Source: a virus
Virus record (IMG/VR): IMGVR_UViG_3300034072_000578
Location: 44,413 to 108,412 of that record
Reading direction: 5' to 3' (one strand)
DNA: 64,000 nucleotides
Positions 14,245-22,893 of this stretch are shown here, in pieces. Both the position numbers and the translations under genes were made by a program. The stretch's first letter is position 1; every line of letters begins with the position of its first letter. Under the pieces are notes generated by a model. The model saw only the letters and a list, made by a program, of their open reading frames with translations, was not told the origin of the DNA and made no database searches.

Positions 14245-14354
14245 GGGACGGTAATTCAGCGGTAGAAGACGAAACCTTGTCTAAGCCCTTTGAGGGTGAT
14301 GGACCCCAAGACAAGGCCAGATAGTCGGAGGTTCGATCCCTCCCCGTCCCGCCA
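14245..14354 (+). ncRNA. tRNA-like RNA with a branched domain replacing the anticodon arm
   Basis: GGGACGG/CCGTCCC-G-CCA, D-like arm, CCTTGTCT/AGACAAGG helix enclosing a CCCT-TTG-AGGG hairpin, GGAGG-TTCGATC-CCTCC. Confidence 0.65.
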
Positions 14355-14570
14355 CTTAATAACATTGAAACATGATGGTCTGCACATTGTCATGTTTCAA
14401 CCTTGTTAAGTTTCACATTATCGGTGGGCTGAAATCCAGCGATAGAGGCAAGCCCCTAAGCAAGGCTCCTACGTGAACCTAATCCATAGTGTTAGGAGCG
14501 ATGATTTACGCTAGCTATGATTAGGGGAAGCTAGAAAGGTTATAGACCTGATAAACTTCCCCTTCTTAGT

Positions 14571-14647
14571 GGACCCTTAGCTCATTTGGTTAGAGCGACG
14601 GACTTTTAATCTGTAGGTGCTGGGTTCGAATCCCAGAGGGTCCACCA
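14571..14647 (+). tRNA. trnK: tRNA-Lys(TTT)
   Basis: Loop CTTTTAA, CCA. Confidence 0.93.
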
Positions 14648-14770
14648 CTTACTTAGTAGTGATAGAATACGGGTTGGTTCTTCAATTTGCTTTTGCCCAA
14701 AAGCTGTCGATCCGTATTCTTTCTTTATTAAGTGGGGTGTTATGTATTTTCTTACGTTATGACCTACCAA

Positions 14771-14854
14771 GCCCTCTTGGCGTAATTGGTAGGCGCAGCA
14801 GACTTAAAATCTGCCGGTTGATCCGTCTCGGTTCGAGTCCGAGAGAGGGCACCA
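14771..14854 (+). tRNA. trnL: tRNA-Leu(TAA)
   Basis: Loop CTTAAAA, variable arm, CCA. Confidence 0.93.
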
Positions 14855-15013
14855 AGTTTCAGAGCCAACTTCGCGGGCGTCTCCATCCGCGAGAAAACAC
14901 CTAGACATACCCTCTTGCATGTGGGTAGTTAATGGACGGTGGGGTAAAAGCCCTCAATATGCAGCGTTATATGACTGGCCTTCGGTGTCGCAACCTAGCC
15001 TTTCGACTAACCT

Positions 15014-15035
15014 AGGCCCTTCGGGGCCTTTTTTT
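15014..15035 (+). terminator. intrinsic terminator of the RNA operon
   Basis: AGGCCC-TTCG-GGGCCT followed by a T-run. Confidence 0.85.
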
Positions 15036-15048
15036 GGAGTCTTACTAA

Positions 15049-15588
15049 ATGGGTCTTTTGGGTAAGAAGAAGCAAGAGCTTCCCGTCAATGCCGGTGTCG
15101 AACTTGGCGACTACGTTAAGGACGTAGTTACCGGTTTTGAGGGCATTGCTTATGCTCGCGACTATCACCTTCACGGTTGCGACCGTATCGAGGTATCTCC
15201 GACCAGCTTGGATGATAACGGCAACCCCAAGGATGCTTTCGTTTTCGATATCCTGCGCCTGACGGTGATCGAAAAGGGGCGTATGGCTTGTATCGAGCCT
15301 AACGCCCACTTTAGCGCGTTCACCATGGGCGCGAAGGTCAAGGACACCATCACCGGCTTTGAAGGCATTATCGGCACCCGCACCGAAATCGTCACCGGCC
15401 TTACCCTCATCGGGATCATGCCGACTGTCCTTTCCAAGGAAGGCGCTCTCAAGGACGCTAAGGTCTTCCCGGCTGGCCGGGTGGAACTGATCGCGGAACA
15501 GCCTGTCCCGGTCGCTCCTGAGGCTCCAAAGGGCAAACCGGGCGGTCCTACCGAACGTCGCAGCGCTGCCAAGGCTCCGCCCCGCTAA
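15049..15588 (+). CDS. hypothetical protein with two internal repeats
   Basis: LGDYVKDVVTGFEGI and MGAKVKDTITGFEGI duplicated domain. Confidence 0.7.
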   Translation: MGLLGKKKQELPVNAGVELGDYVKDVVTGFEGIAYARDYHLHGCDRIEVSPTSLDDNGNPKDAFVFDILRLTVIEKGRMACIEPNAHFSAFTMGAKVKDTITGFEGIIGTRTEIVTGLTLIGIMPTVLSKEGALKDAKVFPAGRVELIAEQPVPVAPEAPKGKPGGPTERRSAAKAPPR

Positions 15589-15614
15589 CAGCTATATTAC
15601 TAGCCGTTTTAATT

Positions 15615-15654
15615 ACTCCCGTTCTTGCTATAAAGGCTCGAACGGGAGTTTTTT
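15615..15654 (+). terminator. intrinsic terminator
   Basis: ACTCCCGTTC/GAACGGGAGT plus T-run. Confidence 0.6.
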
Positions 15655-16185
15655 ATGCGATTAAGAGAACATTTAATACTACGTGGAATGAATCCTAGCC
15701 TATACCGACACGCTAAATGTTATTCCACTAACAAAATCACCTTCTATTTATACAATTTAAGTGGTCAGATGGTAGGTTATCAACACTACCGACCATTAAT
15801 AGAAGAAAAAGGGGTTAAAAATAACCCTAAATTAGGTCGATACTTCACTAAATTACCTAAGAACACTATTGGAGTGTTCGGATTAGACGTTTTAGATGAA
15901 ACTAGACCAGAATTATTCGTAGTTGAAGGCATTTTTAAAGCCGCCAAGCTCCATCGGCTAGGCTACAACGCCATCGCGGTCCTAGGGCCGACCCCCAAGC
16001 CCATGGCAGCATGGTTTCGCGCTCTACGAGGCTCCTACAAGCTCCTAGCGATCGGTGACAATGACCGGGCCGGTCAATATCTGGTCGATATTGTTGGCGC
16101 TGGCACCCTTTCCCCTGTAGATTTGGACGAAATGGACGACTCAGCGGTGGTGGAATTGGCAAATGAGCAAATACAGCGGTATTAA
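15655..16185 (+). CDS. TOPRIM-domain (primase-like) protein
   Basis: LFVVEGIF.A, NAIAVLG, IGDND.AG. Confidence 0.75.
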   Translation: MRLREHLILRGMNPSLYRHAKCYSTNKITFYLYNLSGQMVGYQHYRPLIEEKGVKNNPKLGRYFTKLPKNTIGVFGLDVLDETRPELFVVEGIFKAAKLHRLGYNAIAVLGPTPKPMAAWFRALRGSYKLLAIGDNDRAGQYLVDIVGAGTLSPVDLDEMDDSAVVELANEQIQRY

Positions 16186-16290
16186 ATGGAAGATTAAAGC
16201 TTACTTGATAGCTAAGTTTTGGAATCCCAAAAGAAATAGCAAAGAATATTGGGGTTTTATTAAGAACGCCAGCAAAAGGAAGATTAAGAA

Positions 16291-16608
16291 ATGACTAATA
16301 TTATAGTGTCAAACCAAGTAGAGTGCCTGTCATGTGGTGATAGGCCCTATTCCGCTCATAGACATGACTTTAAATACTGCAAATGCGGTAATGTAGCTGT
16401 CGATGGTGGCCAAGCTTACCTTCGCAGGGTGTATAATAACACTAACTGGAAGGAAATTTCGATAAAAATACCGGAAGAAGCCGTTAATAAGGCCATCGAA
16501 GAGGTCGAAGAAGCGATCAAGACAGGTCGCAACGCAAGAGGGCTGGTATATGCCGCCCTGCGTGGCCTAAGAGACGGTGGTTTCACCTTCCCCGACAACA
16601 ATATCTAA
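16291..16608 (+). CDS. Zn-ribbon protein
   Basis: C..C...H.HDF..C.CG.VAVDGG..YLRR. Confidence 0.7.
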   Translation: MTNIIVSNQVECLSCGDRPYSAHRHDFKYCKCGNVAVDGGQAYLRRVYNNTNWKEISIKIPEEAVNKAIEEVEEAIKTGRNARGLVYAALRGLRDGGFTFPDNNI

Positions 16609-16703
16609 GAAGGGTTGTTTTCTATCATGGGCTGTCTTAAAGCATTGCTCAACGGGATCGGTCTTCTGATCGCTCTTTCCTTCCTCATTATCTTTTGGAA
16701 CGT

Positions 16704-16910
16704 ATGAAACAGTTTATCATTCACAAAGTTACCAACGCACCCGACCATGTTAATGGGACTCCTAAGGGTCCGATTTGGAAGCGGGCTAAGAGCCTCCATA
16801 AATATAAGAAGTTCTATACGAACAAGATGGAGGCTCTTCTTATCGCCTTTTATCTCAACCAGTTTAGCAAGTTCGGCTTCGAAGTAAGCGAACGGATTGT
16901 GGAGGAATAA
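16704..16910 (+). CDS. hypothetical protein
   Basis: ORF within the operon. Confidence 0.45.
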   Translation: MKQFIIHKVTNAPDHVNGTPKGPIWKRAKSLHKYKKFYTNKMEALLIAFYLNQFSKFGFEVSERIVEE

Positions 16911-16914
16911 TCCC

Positions 16915-17268
16915 ATGGCTAATAAAGAGAACATGTTGAAGCTCGCGGAAGCCCTAGAGTCGGGCACCTATCCCCAAGCAAGAGGTAGCTGGGGCGCTGG
17001 AAGCTTCGAAGGCCACCAGACGCCAGCCCTTTATGGCCAAGAGGAAAAGGGCTTTTGCTGTATGCACGTTGCTCTAGCTCTCGCTACCAACACGGCTAGC
17101 TTGTCAGGTAATATGTTCACCCGCAGTCGCAACGCACGGGCTGATGCGACATCATGGCTGGGAATCGACGAAGGAGGCTTTGCTGATTTCGTCACGTTGA
17201 ACGACAAGGAAGGCAAGACCTTCCCCGAAATCGCCCAATATATCCGCGATACATATTTAGCCGACTAA
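16915..17268 (+). CDS. hypothetical protein (paralog of 35667-36059)
   Basis: AEALESG.YPQAR..WG...GFCC.HV...ND...F.EIA; GGAGG RBS. Confidence 0.7.
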   Translation: MANKENMLKLAEALESGTYPQARGSWGAGSFEGHQTPALYGQEEKGFCCMHVALALATNTASLSGNMFTRSRNARADATSWLGIDEGGFADFVTLNDKEGKTFPEIAQYIRDTYLAD

Positions 17269-17282
17269 TCTCCGGGGGAATA

Positions 17283-17690
17283 ATGGAACTGCTATTAATT
17301 AACAAGCTAAGCCCATTAATCACTAAAAGAGATAAAAATAGAAAACCGGGTAGATACCGTTCCCTAGAATATAAATATATGATCGGGGAGAAGTCCAATC
17401 ACCGCTGCGTTCATTGCGGCGTTGATATGGTCTATGAAGGCCCACAAGTCCCTACCAGCTTCACCTATGAGCATGTCATTCCCATCTGCTACGGCTCTAC
17501 GTGGGAACTAGACAACCTTTATGGGGCCTGTCTGGAATGTAACCATCGCGGCGGCACACAAAGCGGTCAAGAGGCAACCCGACGCCTTTTGCTGGAACAC
17601 GGCATCTGCCTGTGCTACAACGAGGAATCGGATATCGCAAGAGCAGACGCGATGTATCGGCTTCATTTCGAGGACAGAATCGCGGCGTAG
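17283..17690 (+). CDS. HNH endonuclease (McrA-like)
   Basis: CVHC...TYEHVIP...G....DNL..ACLECN. Confidence 0.8.
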   Translation: MELLLINKLSPLITKRDKNRKPGRYRSLEYKYMIGEKSNHRCVHCGVDMVYEGPQVPTSFTYEHVIPICYGSTWELDNLYGACLECNHRGGTQSGQEATRRLLLEHGICLCYNEESDIARADAMYRLHFEDRIAA

Positions 17691-17699
17691 TGAGGTTTT

Positions 17700-17900
17700 A
17701 TGGTTGTTATCGAGATTATTGTAGTATTCTTTTGGATACTTAGTGCCTTCACTTTCGTATGGAGCTTGCTGGACCTGTTTCTTGGCAGCTACTACGACAA
17801 AGAGAAAGCCCTTCCTAGGGTGATAGTATCTAGCATCCTGCTAGTTATCCTCTACAACCTCCCCTATGAATATTGGGGTCTAGCGGAGACGATGAACTAA
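17700..17900 (+). CDS. small membrane protein
   Basis: Two hydrophobic segments. Confidence 0.5.
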   Translation: MVVIEIIVVFFWILSAFTFVWSLLDLFLGSYYDKEKALPRVIVSSILLVILYNLPYEYWGLAETMN

Positions 17901-18100
17901 TGTGGTCTTTCATAGGCTTCTTTCTAGTCCTCGCTCTTGGGACGTATCTCACGGTAGCGGGTGGACTGTTGGTATGGGTAAACCATGCTTTTGGAGGAAG
18001 GTTTGAGAAAGCCGTCCTGATACCCCCAGCAATAGGATTTGTGATGCTAGCTTTTTGCTGGTATTTTAATCCTGTGAGCCTTGATGTAAATATAAGGTAA
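17900..18100 (+). CDS. small membrane protein
   Basis: Two hydrophobic segments, TAATG-coupled. Confidence 0.5.
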   Translation: MWSFIGFFLVLALGTYLTVAGGLLVWVNHAFGGRFEKAVLIPPAIGFVMLAFCWYFNPVSLDVNIR

Positions 18101-18106
18101 TAATAT

Positions 18107-18289
18107 ATGCAAGTAGGTGATTTAGTAACCCGCGTTAACCCATCCGTAACCTGTGCGGTAGGCAAGGTAACTGCCATCCTAGAAGATGGTAAGTTCCTAA
18201 TTAATTTCGGGCGTAAAAATAGTCTTCGGATGGTGGAAGACTATGTGCCTTTCGTTCCATGGCATAAGCGGAAGAGGGGGCTGGGATGA
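18107..18289 (+). CDS. hypothetical protein
   Basis: MQVGDLV.. start typical of small phage beta-barrel proteins. Confidence 0.5.
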   Translation: MQVGDLVTRVNPSVTCAVGKVTAILEDGKFLINFGRKNSLRMVEDYVPFVPWHKRKRGLG

Positions 18290-18495
18290 CAAGACGTATT
18301 GAAAACCTAGATTGGCTTCCTATAGAGCTTGCTAGCAGGGATTTGAAGGTTGGTAGCGGGCAAGTGGTGGTTCTTTACCGACCACATGTTCATGGTAGCT
18401 GTTTGCTGGAATATACTACCAGCAACCCCGACTATGCTATGACCAATGCGGCTAAGCATGGCTACACTGAGTTTGCTTTGTTGGTGGATGGGTGA
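18286..18495 (+). CDS. hypothetical protein
   Basis: ATGA-coupled ORF. Confidence 0.5.
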   Translation: MTRRIENLDWLPIELASRDLKVGSGQVVVLYRPHVHGSCLLEYTTSNPDYAMTNAAKHGYTEFALLVDG

Positions 18496-18857
18496 TGTCT
18501 TATTCTAGGAAAGTTTTCTACAGGGCTAGTGTTAAGGGTATTAACCGCCTTGGGAAAGAGCAAACCTTCTGGCTTAATAGCCTGCCGGTGTCTGGTTGCG
18601 ATCCTGTCACTTGGGCGGATTGGTCGGGTCAATGGGCCGACCTAGAAGAGTTCAAGGCTGACGTTAAGCGTCTGTCGGTGGAAGGTTTTAGCAACTGGTC
18701 TATCCGGTCAATTGACCTTAGCACCTTGCAGTGTTTGGAAGTTGTGGTAGTAACCACGACTGATACGAGCTACAGGGTTATTGGACTTGAGCCTACTATT
18801 ACCGACGAGGATCATCCTTGCGGTTGTGGGCAAAGATTGTGTTCTAGCTGTAACTAG
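18492..18857 (+). CDS. hypothetical protein (last gene of the + strand arm)
   Basis: Coupled ORF with a Cys-rich C-terminus. Confidence 0.55.
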   Translation: MMSYSRKVFYRASVKGINRLGKEQTFWLNSLPVSGCDPVTWADWSGQWADLEEFKADVKRLSVEGFSNWSIRSIDLSTLQCLEVVVVTTTDTSYRVIGLEPTITDEDHPCGCGQRLCSSCN

Positions 18858-18949
18858 TTTGGGGCTTAAGGGGGTTGTGAGGTTTAGGTAATTTTGGGGT
18901 TAAATTTGTGAATGGTATGGAGCGGCCAAAGCCGTAACTTTCTAGGACA

Positions 18950-18978
18950 TCCTACCCCCTCGACTCGCAACAGGTCAA
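18950..18978 (-). promoter_or_regulatory. leftward promoter-like element with GANTC sites
   Basis: TTGACC-18-TAGGAT, GAGTC in the spacer, second GANTC at 18985. Confidence 0.4.
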
Positions 18979-19095
18979 TAGGGCGAATCACTCTTTTTCA
19001 CATTCTTTTTTAATGCGCTTCCAAAAAACAAAACAAACAATGTCAACACATATAATCACATCACATAGTAATGTGATATAGTAGGGCCTACTCAT

Positions 19096-19204
19096 ATAGC
19101 CCCATATAAGCCCCATACAGTAGGGCCAGCCCTGCTAGGCTACCCTAGTAGCGCAAGCCCCTAGAAAGGCGCTCTAAGGGGCTTCCTAGGGGCTTGTATG
19201 GGGT
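19096..19204. repeat. periodic (~11-bp) quasi-palindromic element, copy A
   Basis: AGCCCC/GGGGCT units around a CTAGGCTACCC core. Confidence 0.6.
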
Positions 19205-19212
19205 AATGCATA

Positions 19213-19422
19213 TCAGCAAGGGCCTACCCTGTAACGCGGTTCATTATCCGGCCCCTTATAGAGGTTCATGCATTCATCACTAGTAGCAGGGTCCGCTACA
19301 GTAATGGGCTTAGCCTCCATAGTAGGGGCGGGTTGTATGTAAGTATTAACCGCCACCATAGCAGACAGTGCAATACAGGCCATGCTAATGGCGATGACAA
19401 ACAGAAGACAATTCTTAAACAT
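19213..19422 (-). CDS. small secreted/membrane protein
   Basis: Hydrophobic N-terminus. Confidence 0.5.
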   Translation of the reverse strand: MFKNCLLFVIAISMACIALSAMVAVNTYIQPAPTMEAKPITVADPATSDECMNLYKGPDNEPRYRVGPC

Positions 19423-20092
19423 TGCTCAAACCCCATGTTTCATTGAGAAAGATAATAAGCGGATTAGTAAGGTCAATATGAACCCCTAGGGAGTAATCAT
19501 CTTCCCCTACCTCTTCCCTGCTATAGGTATAAAGCCCCATATTGGCATAGGTAGTGCGCCATTCACAGGAATGCGGCCTTGATCCCCCCTCTATAGTCAT
19601 GCGCTTAGACTGGAATTCATGAATAGTCTTAGCAATGTCTTTAGGAAGCGAATTAATGCTTTCCGAAGAAAGGATAAATTCTTGTTCGCTACTGCTAATC
19701 CATTCAATCCCTTTATTAGCCGCAATAATAGTTGCGGCAAATAGGGCGGTTGAGTCCATGTCTAGGGTTGGTTTGTTCCCCATCACGTAATCAACCAAAC
19801 GGCGGACCTTTTGAAGCCCCTTAAGGTTAGTCCGCCATCCATTCTTGCGGACCTTATTAAACATGATCCAAGGATCAACATTAAGGGCAATGAAGAAAGC
19901 CGCAACATTACGGCTATCGGCGAATTGAGCCGCTACCCTACGCAATTCAACATGGCTTTTATGAGGGGCCTTTTCCCGCTCAAAGTTAGCGCGTTCCAGT
20001 AGGGCGGAATTGATACGCTTTACCATTGAGTCGACTTCGCGACTCTCACTGGCTTTGATATCTAGTATCAGGTCCAAAAGGGCGGACTGCAT
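19415..20092 (-). CDS. hypothetical protein
   Basis: 225-aa ORF with AGGAG RBS. Confidence 0.7.
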   Translation of the reverse strand: MQSALLDLILDIKASESREVDSMVKRINSALLERANFEREKAPHKSHVELRRVAAQFADSRNVAAFFIALNVDPWIMFNKVRKNGWRTNLKGLQKVRRLVDYVMGNKPTLDMDSTALFAATIIAANKGIEWISSSEQEFILSSESINSLPKDIAKTIHEFQSKRMTIEGGSRPHSCEWRTTYANMGLYTYSREEVGEDDYSLGVHIDLTNPLIIFLNETWGLSNV

Positions 20093-20102
20093 AGTCTGAC
20101 TC

Positions 20103-20315
20103 CTAGTTGTAAATCCGTTGGATTAGCTTTCGCTTCCCATCGGCGCGGATTCCCCATTTGGAACCCCTCCAAACGTTAATGCAGCTAATGTGAAACCAGT
20201 TAGGGGAAGTAATGCGAAAGCGCTTTCCGTTGCGGTCGACTCCCGTCGCCACAAAAGAAACGTAATCGACTCCGTTAACATTTTGCATGGCTGTTACTCC
20301 ATCGGCTTGTATCAT
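20103..20315 (-). CDS. hypothetical protein
   Basis: ATGVDRNGKRFRI...WRGS.W small phage protein. Confidence 0.55.
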   Translation of the reverse strand: MIQADGVTAMQNVNGVDYVSFVATGVDRNGKRFRITSPNWFHISCINVWRGSKWGIRADGKRKLIQRIYN

Positions 20316-20644
20316 TGTTCGTTCTCCATATATTCCAGATACTCAGCGCGGGATGAATGAGCTATCATAATCCCATAGGGCCGATAACTACCCCGACTCA
20401 TCCCGTAGGGAACGACAAAAGGATAAGGCGATTTAACCTTAGCCTTTAGATTGCGCCAAGCATCGGTGACAGTCGCCGTCACTTCACGCTTGTTAGCGCC
20501 ATAAAAACCAGCGTCACGAATGGACTCCGCTTCGCTTTCAATAATGGCTTTCAATTCGCGCCGACTATCAACCTTAACAATATAGCTATTGTCAGGCATA
20601 TATGCGCCGCGCATTCCCGTTGCTATGTGGAAATATTCAGCCAT
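20312..20644 (-). CDS. hypothetical protein
   Basis: GGAG RBS; G.RG.YMPD motif. Confidence 0.6.
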   Translation of the reverse strand: MAEYFHIATGMRGAYMPDNSYIVKVDSRRELKAIIESEAESIRDAGFYGANKREVTATVTDAWRNLKAKVKSPYPFVVPYGMSRGSYRPYGIMIAHSSRAEYLEYMENEQ

Positions 20645-20707
20645 CTTTTTTACTCCATCTAAATTCATAGTAAGGGCGGACTATTGCTAGCCCGCCCCTA
20701 TTAGAAG

Positions 20708-21757
20708 TTAGAGCATTTCAAGCGCCAGCGACATTGCCGCATCTTTCGCCCGATTGCCGTTGCCGATAGTGGCGCTTTCCCACCGCTTGCCTTCCTTAGT
20801 GCGGGCAACGTGATCCTGATAGAAGGTGACGGCATTAAGAGCGCCCCAAAGCGTGCCATCTGCTGCTGCCTTATCCGCACCCGGACTATCGGTGAAAAGG
20901 CGGACCATTTGCGCAACGTTATTGCGCTGGTTACTTGTCACGCCTTCCCGATCAAAATCGAGTTCAGTGCGAAGCCAATCGGAGTCATCCTTAAGGGCTT
21001 TCGGACTGTAAAGCTTCGCGAAGAAACGCGAAAGCTTGTCATCAGTCATACGGACCTTGCTCATTGCCTTTACGGCTTGAACATATTCCGCGAAAGCCGA
21101 GTCGAATTCGCCCAATTGAGTAAACAGCTTATCAGCGTCGAATTCGCCGCTATTGCGTTGTTTCGCCGTTGTTTGGGCGTTCATCACCGCCGAAAGACTG
21201 ACAGTGTTTTGACAAACAACCCGCACCGACGTTGCACGGGCAGTCCGCGCATAGGTTCCGTCGTAGGAAGTCAGCAGCAGGATATAGGGAAGGATGATAT
21301 CGCCAGCGATGTCGCCTTGCCCCTCTTCACGCTTGGCAAGCCCCCATACAACGCGACCGCCCTTTAGAGCGCCCGCAACGTCCATCTTAAAGCCGTTACC
21401 CTTAACAAGGCTCATAAGCCCCTCTAGCAGGTCAAGGGGTTGCGCGGGGTCATAGTGCGACTCCGACATCACCGAAAGGGGATCGCCGGTGTCAGTGCGA
21501 TACATGACTGCGCGGTTTTCATAGGAACGAGTCAGCATGGCCAGCGATTCATCATCCCCTTCCTTGAAATTGGGGTTAGGGATCGAATAGAAGGCAGGGG
21601 CCTTTGCGACCTGATAGTCAAGGCCAGCAACCTGCGCGATTTGTGCGGCGTCCATATCATCGGTGATATGATTGCCAAAGCCATGCCATGGCTTACCCTC
21701 CGAAGCGCGGTAAGCGATAGCGGCCTTGCCAAGGGTGAAGTCAAGTGCGTGGGACAT
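20708..21757 (-). CDS. DUF932/DUF945 (TIGR03299-like) phage/plasmid protein
   Basis: PWHG.G, AGLD..V.K, AGALKGGRVVW, YILL.TSYDG, VRVVCQNT, GTLWGALNAVT.Y.DH. Confidence 0.88.
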   Translation of the reverse strand: MSHALDFTLGKAAIAYRASEGKPWHGFGNHITDDMDAAQIAQVAGLDYQVAKAPAFYSIPNPNFKEGDDESLAMLTRSYENRAVMYRTDTGDPLSVMSESHYDPAQPLDLLEGLMSLVKGNGFKMDVAGALKGGRVVWGLAKREEGQGDIAGDIILPYILLLTSYDGTYARTARATSVRVVCQNTVSLSAVMNAQTTAKQRNSGEFDADKLFTQLGEFDSAFAEYVQAVKAMSKVRMTDDKLSRFFAKLYSPKALKDDSDWLRTELDFDREGVTSNQRNNVAQMVRLFTDSPGADKAAADGTLWGALNAVTFYQDHVARTKEGKRWESATIGNGNRAKDAAMSLALEML

Positions 21758-21816
21758 AAATAAAGCCTTTCTAAATGTTGCGGAGTCTTTCGCTCCCAAA
21801 GCTAGTGGCGCATTAA

Positions 21817-22017
21817 TTAATATCCGAATATTTCCGTATGCCGTTCGGCCCATGCAAGGGCAATTTCCCGCATCTGGTCGGGAGTATAGAGCCGCGTCAC
21901 ATTGGACGCCCACAAACTACCGTAGGCAGTAGCGTAAAAGTTATCTTTATTAACGGCGATATCCTCAATGCCCTTAATTGCCTGTTTCATTGTTTCATCG
22001 CTAATAAATTGTTTCAT
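21817..22017 (-). CDS. hypothetical protein
   Basis: 66-aa coupled ORF. Confidence 0.5.
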   Translation of the reverse strand: MKQFISDETMKQAIKGIEDIAVNKDNFYATAYGSLWASNVTRLYTPDQMREIALAWAERHTEIFGY

Positions 22018-22163
22018 GCGTAAATCGCCTTTCTTGTCGTGATATATGCACCATAGGCGTTATCCGCCTTATCCATGGCGCGGCTTGCACCAGCGCTTGT
22101 CTTATAGCGCTTTGTTTTTCCGGTGACTTTGTTAGTCACTTCATAGCGAATTGGCTTATTCAC
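22014..22163 (-). CDS. small basic hypothetical protein
   Basis: YEVTNK.TG...YKT...A..A.DK.DN.YG. Confidence 0.5.
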   Translation of the reverse strand: MNKPIRYEVTNKVTGKTKRYKTSAGASRAMDKADNAYGAYITTRKAIYA

Positions 22164-22505
22164 TTGTGACAAACCCAAAGAGGAAAGCCGCGATAACAGC
22201 CAAGAAAAGAAGATTGGCAATTACCAAAGCGATATCGAGATAAAGATTATTCGTCATGGTTCCGACTCCAGATTGGTTAGTTTATTCCACTAGCTTTAGG
22301 AACGGCGGTTAATTGCTTAACCGCTTTCCTAATGGCTCAATCGTTAGTGTCTGATTGAGTAAGCCCCATTGTGGGTTGCTAGGTAAAGCGGATGACATAA
22401 CGGCCCAACCTAGCCCCTAAGGGGAACGCCTAACCATTAGGCGATTAACCTAGGGGCTTACCGTCATCGGGCCTAGGTGGCGGGGCTTGTTCCCGCCGAT
22501 GTCCC

Positions 22506-22535
22506 TATCTAGGGGCGGATTCGTGATTCGGTCAA
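22506..22535 (-). promoter_or_regulatory. pre-early promoter with two GANTC sites
   Basis: TTGACC-GAATC-AC-GAATC-CGCCCC-TAGATA. Confidence 0.7.
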
Positions 22536-22642
22536 GCGCTAAAATGAAATTATTTTTGCCCCTAATCTAAGCTCATCGGACGGCTAGCTTAGATTAGCGG
22601 ATTCCTTGCTCTAATACCAAACAGACACCCGTGCGCGTATGT

Positions 22643-22659
22643 TGCAAGAGCCATGCCAA
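22643..22659 (-). promoter_or_regulatory. sigma54 (-24/-12) site
   Basis: TTGGCATGGCTCTTGCA versus consensus TGGCACG-N4-TTGCW. Confidence 0.55.
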
Positions 22660-22664
22660 ACCTA

Positions 22665-22765
22665 ATAGCCCCTATAAGGCGTTTTAAGCCCCTTACAGGG
22701 CCTTTAGGGGGCCTAAGCTACCCTAACACCTAAAAGAGGTGATTCGGCCCTGTATGAGCGTTTCA
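22665..22765. repeat. periodic element, copy B
   Basis: Same architecture, CTAAGCTACCC core at 22713. Confidence 0.6.
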
Positions 22766-22863
22766 AGAGTGCGACTCGTAAGAAGGTCGGAAATAAGCAA
22801 ATAAAGTTATTTCAAGTGAAAAGTGATTTTTTTAATCTCATTCCAGAAAAGTGATTTTTAGGT

Positions 22864-22893
22864 TTGACATTAAATGCCGAATCGCCCTAAGAG
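22864..22893 (+). promoter_or_regulatory. rightward promoter with GANTC
   Basis: TTGACA...CGAATCG-CCC-TAAGAG; upstream AAAAGTGATTTTT direct repeats. Confidence 0.6.

Noticed and set aside
14905-14975. Twister ribozyme-like segment (TGCAT...GGGGTAAAAGCCC...ATGCAGCGTT)
   Set aside because: Lacks the conserved UAA cleavage-site strand and the catalytic loop is one nucleotide short; may still be a structured RNA, but not called a ribozyme without a covariance-model hit
19060-19078. TCACA-N6-TGTGA palindrome as a CRP/FixK site
   Set aside because: Half-sites are in the reverse arrangement to the TGTGA-N6-TCACA consensus
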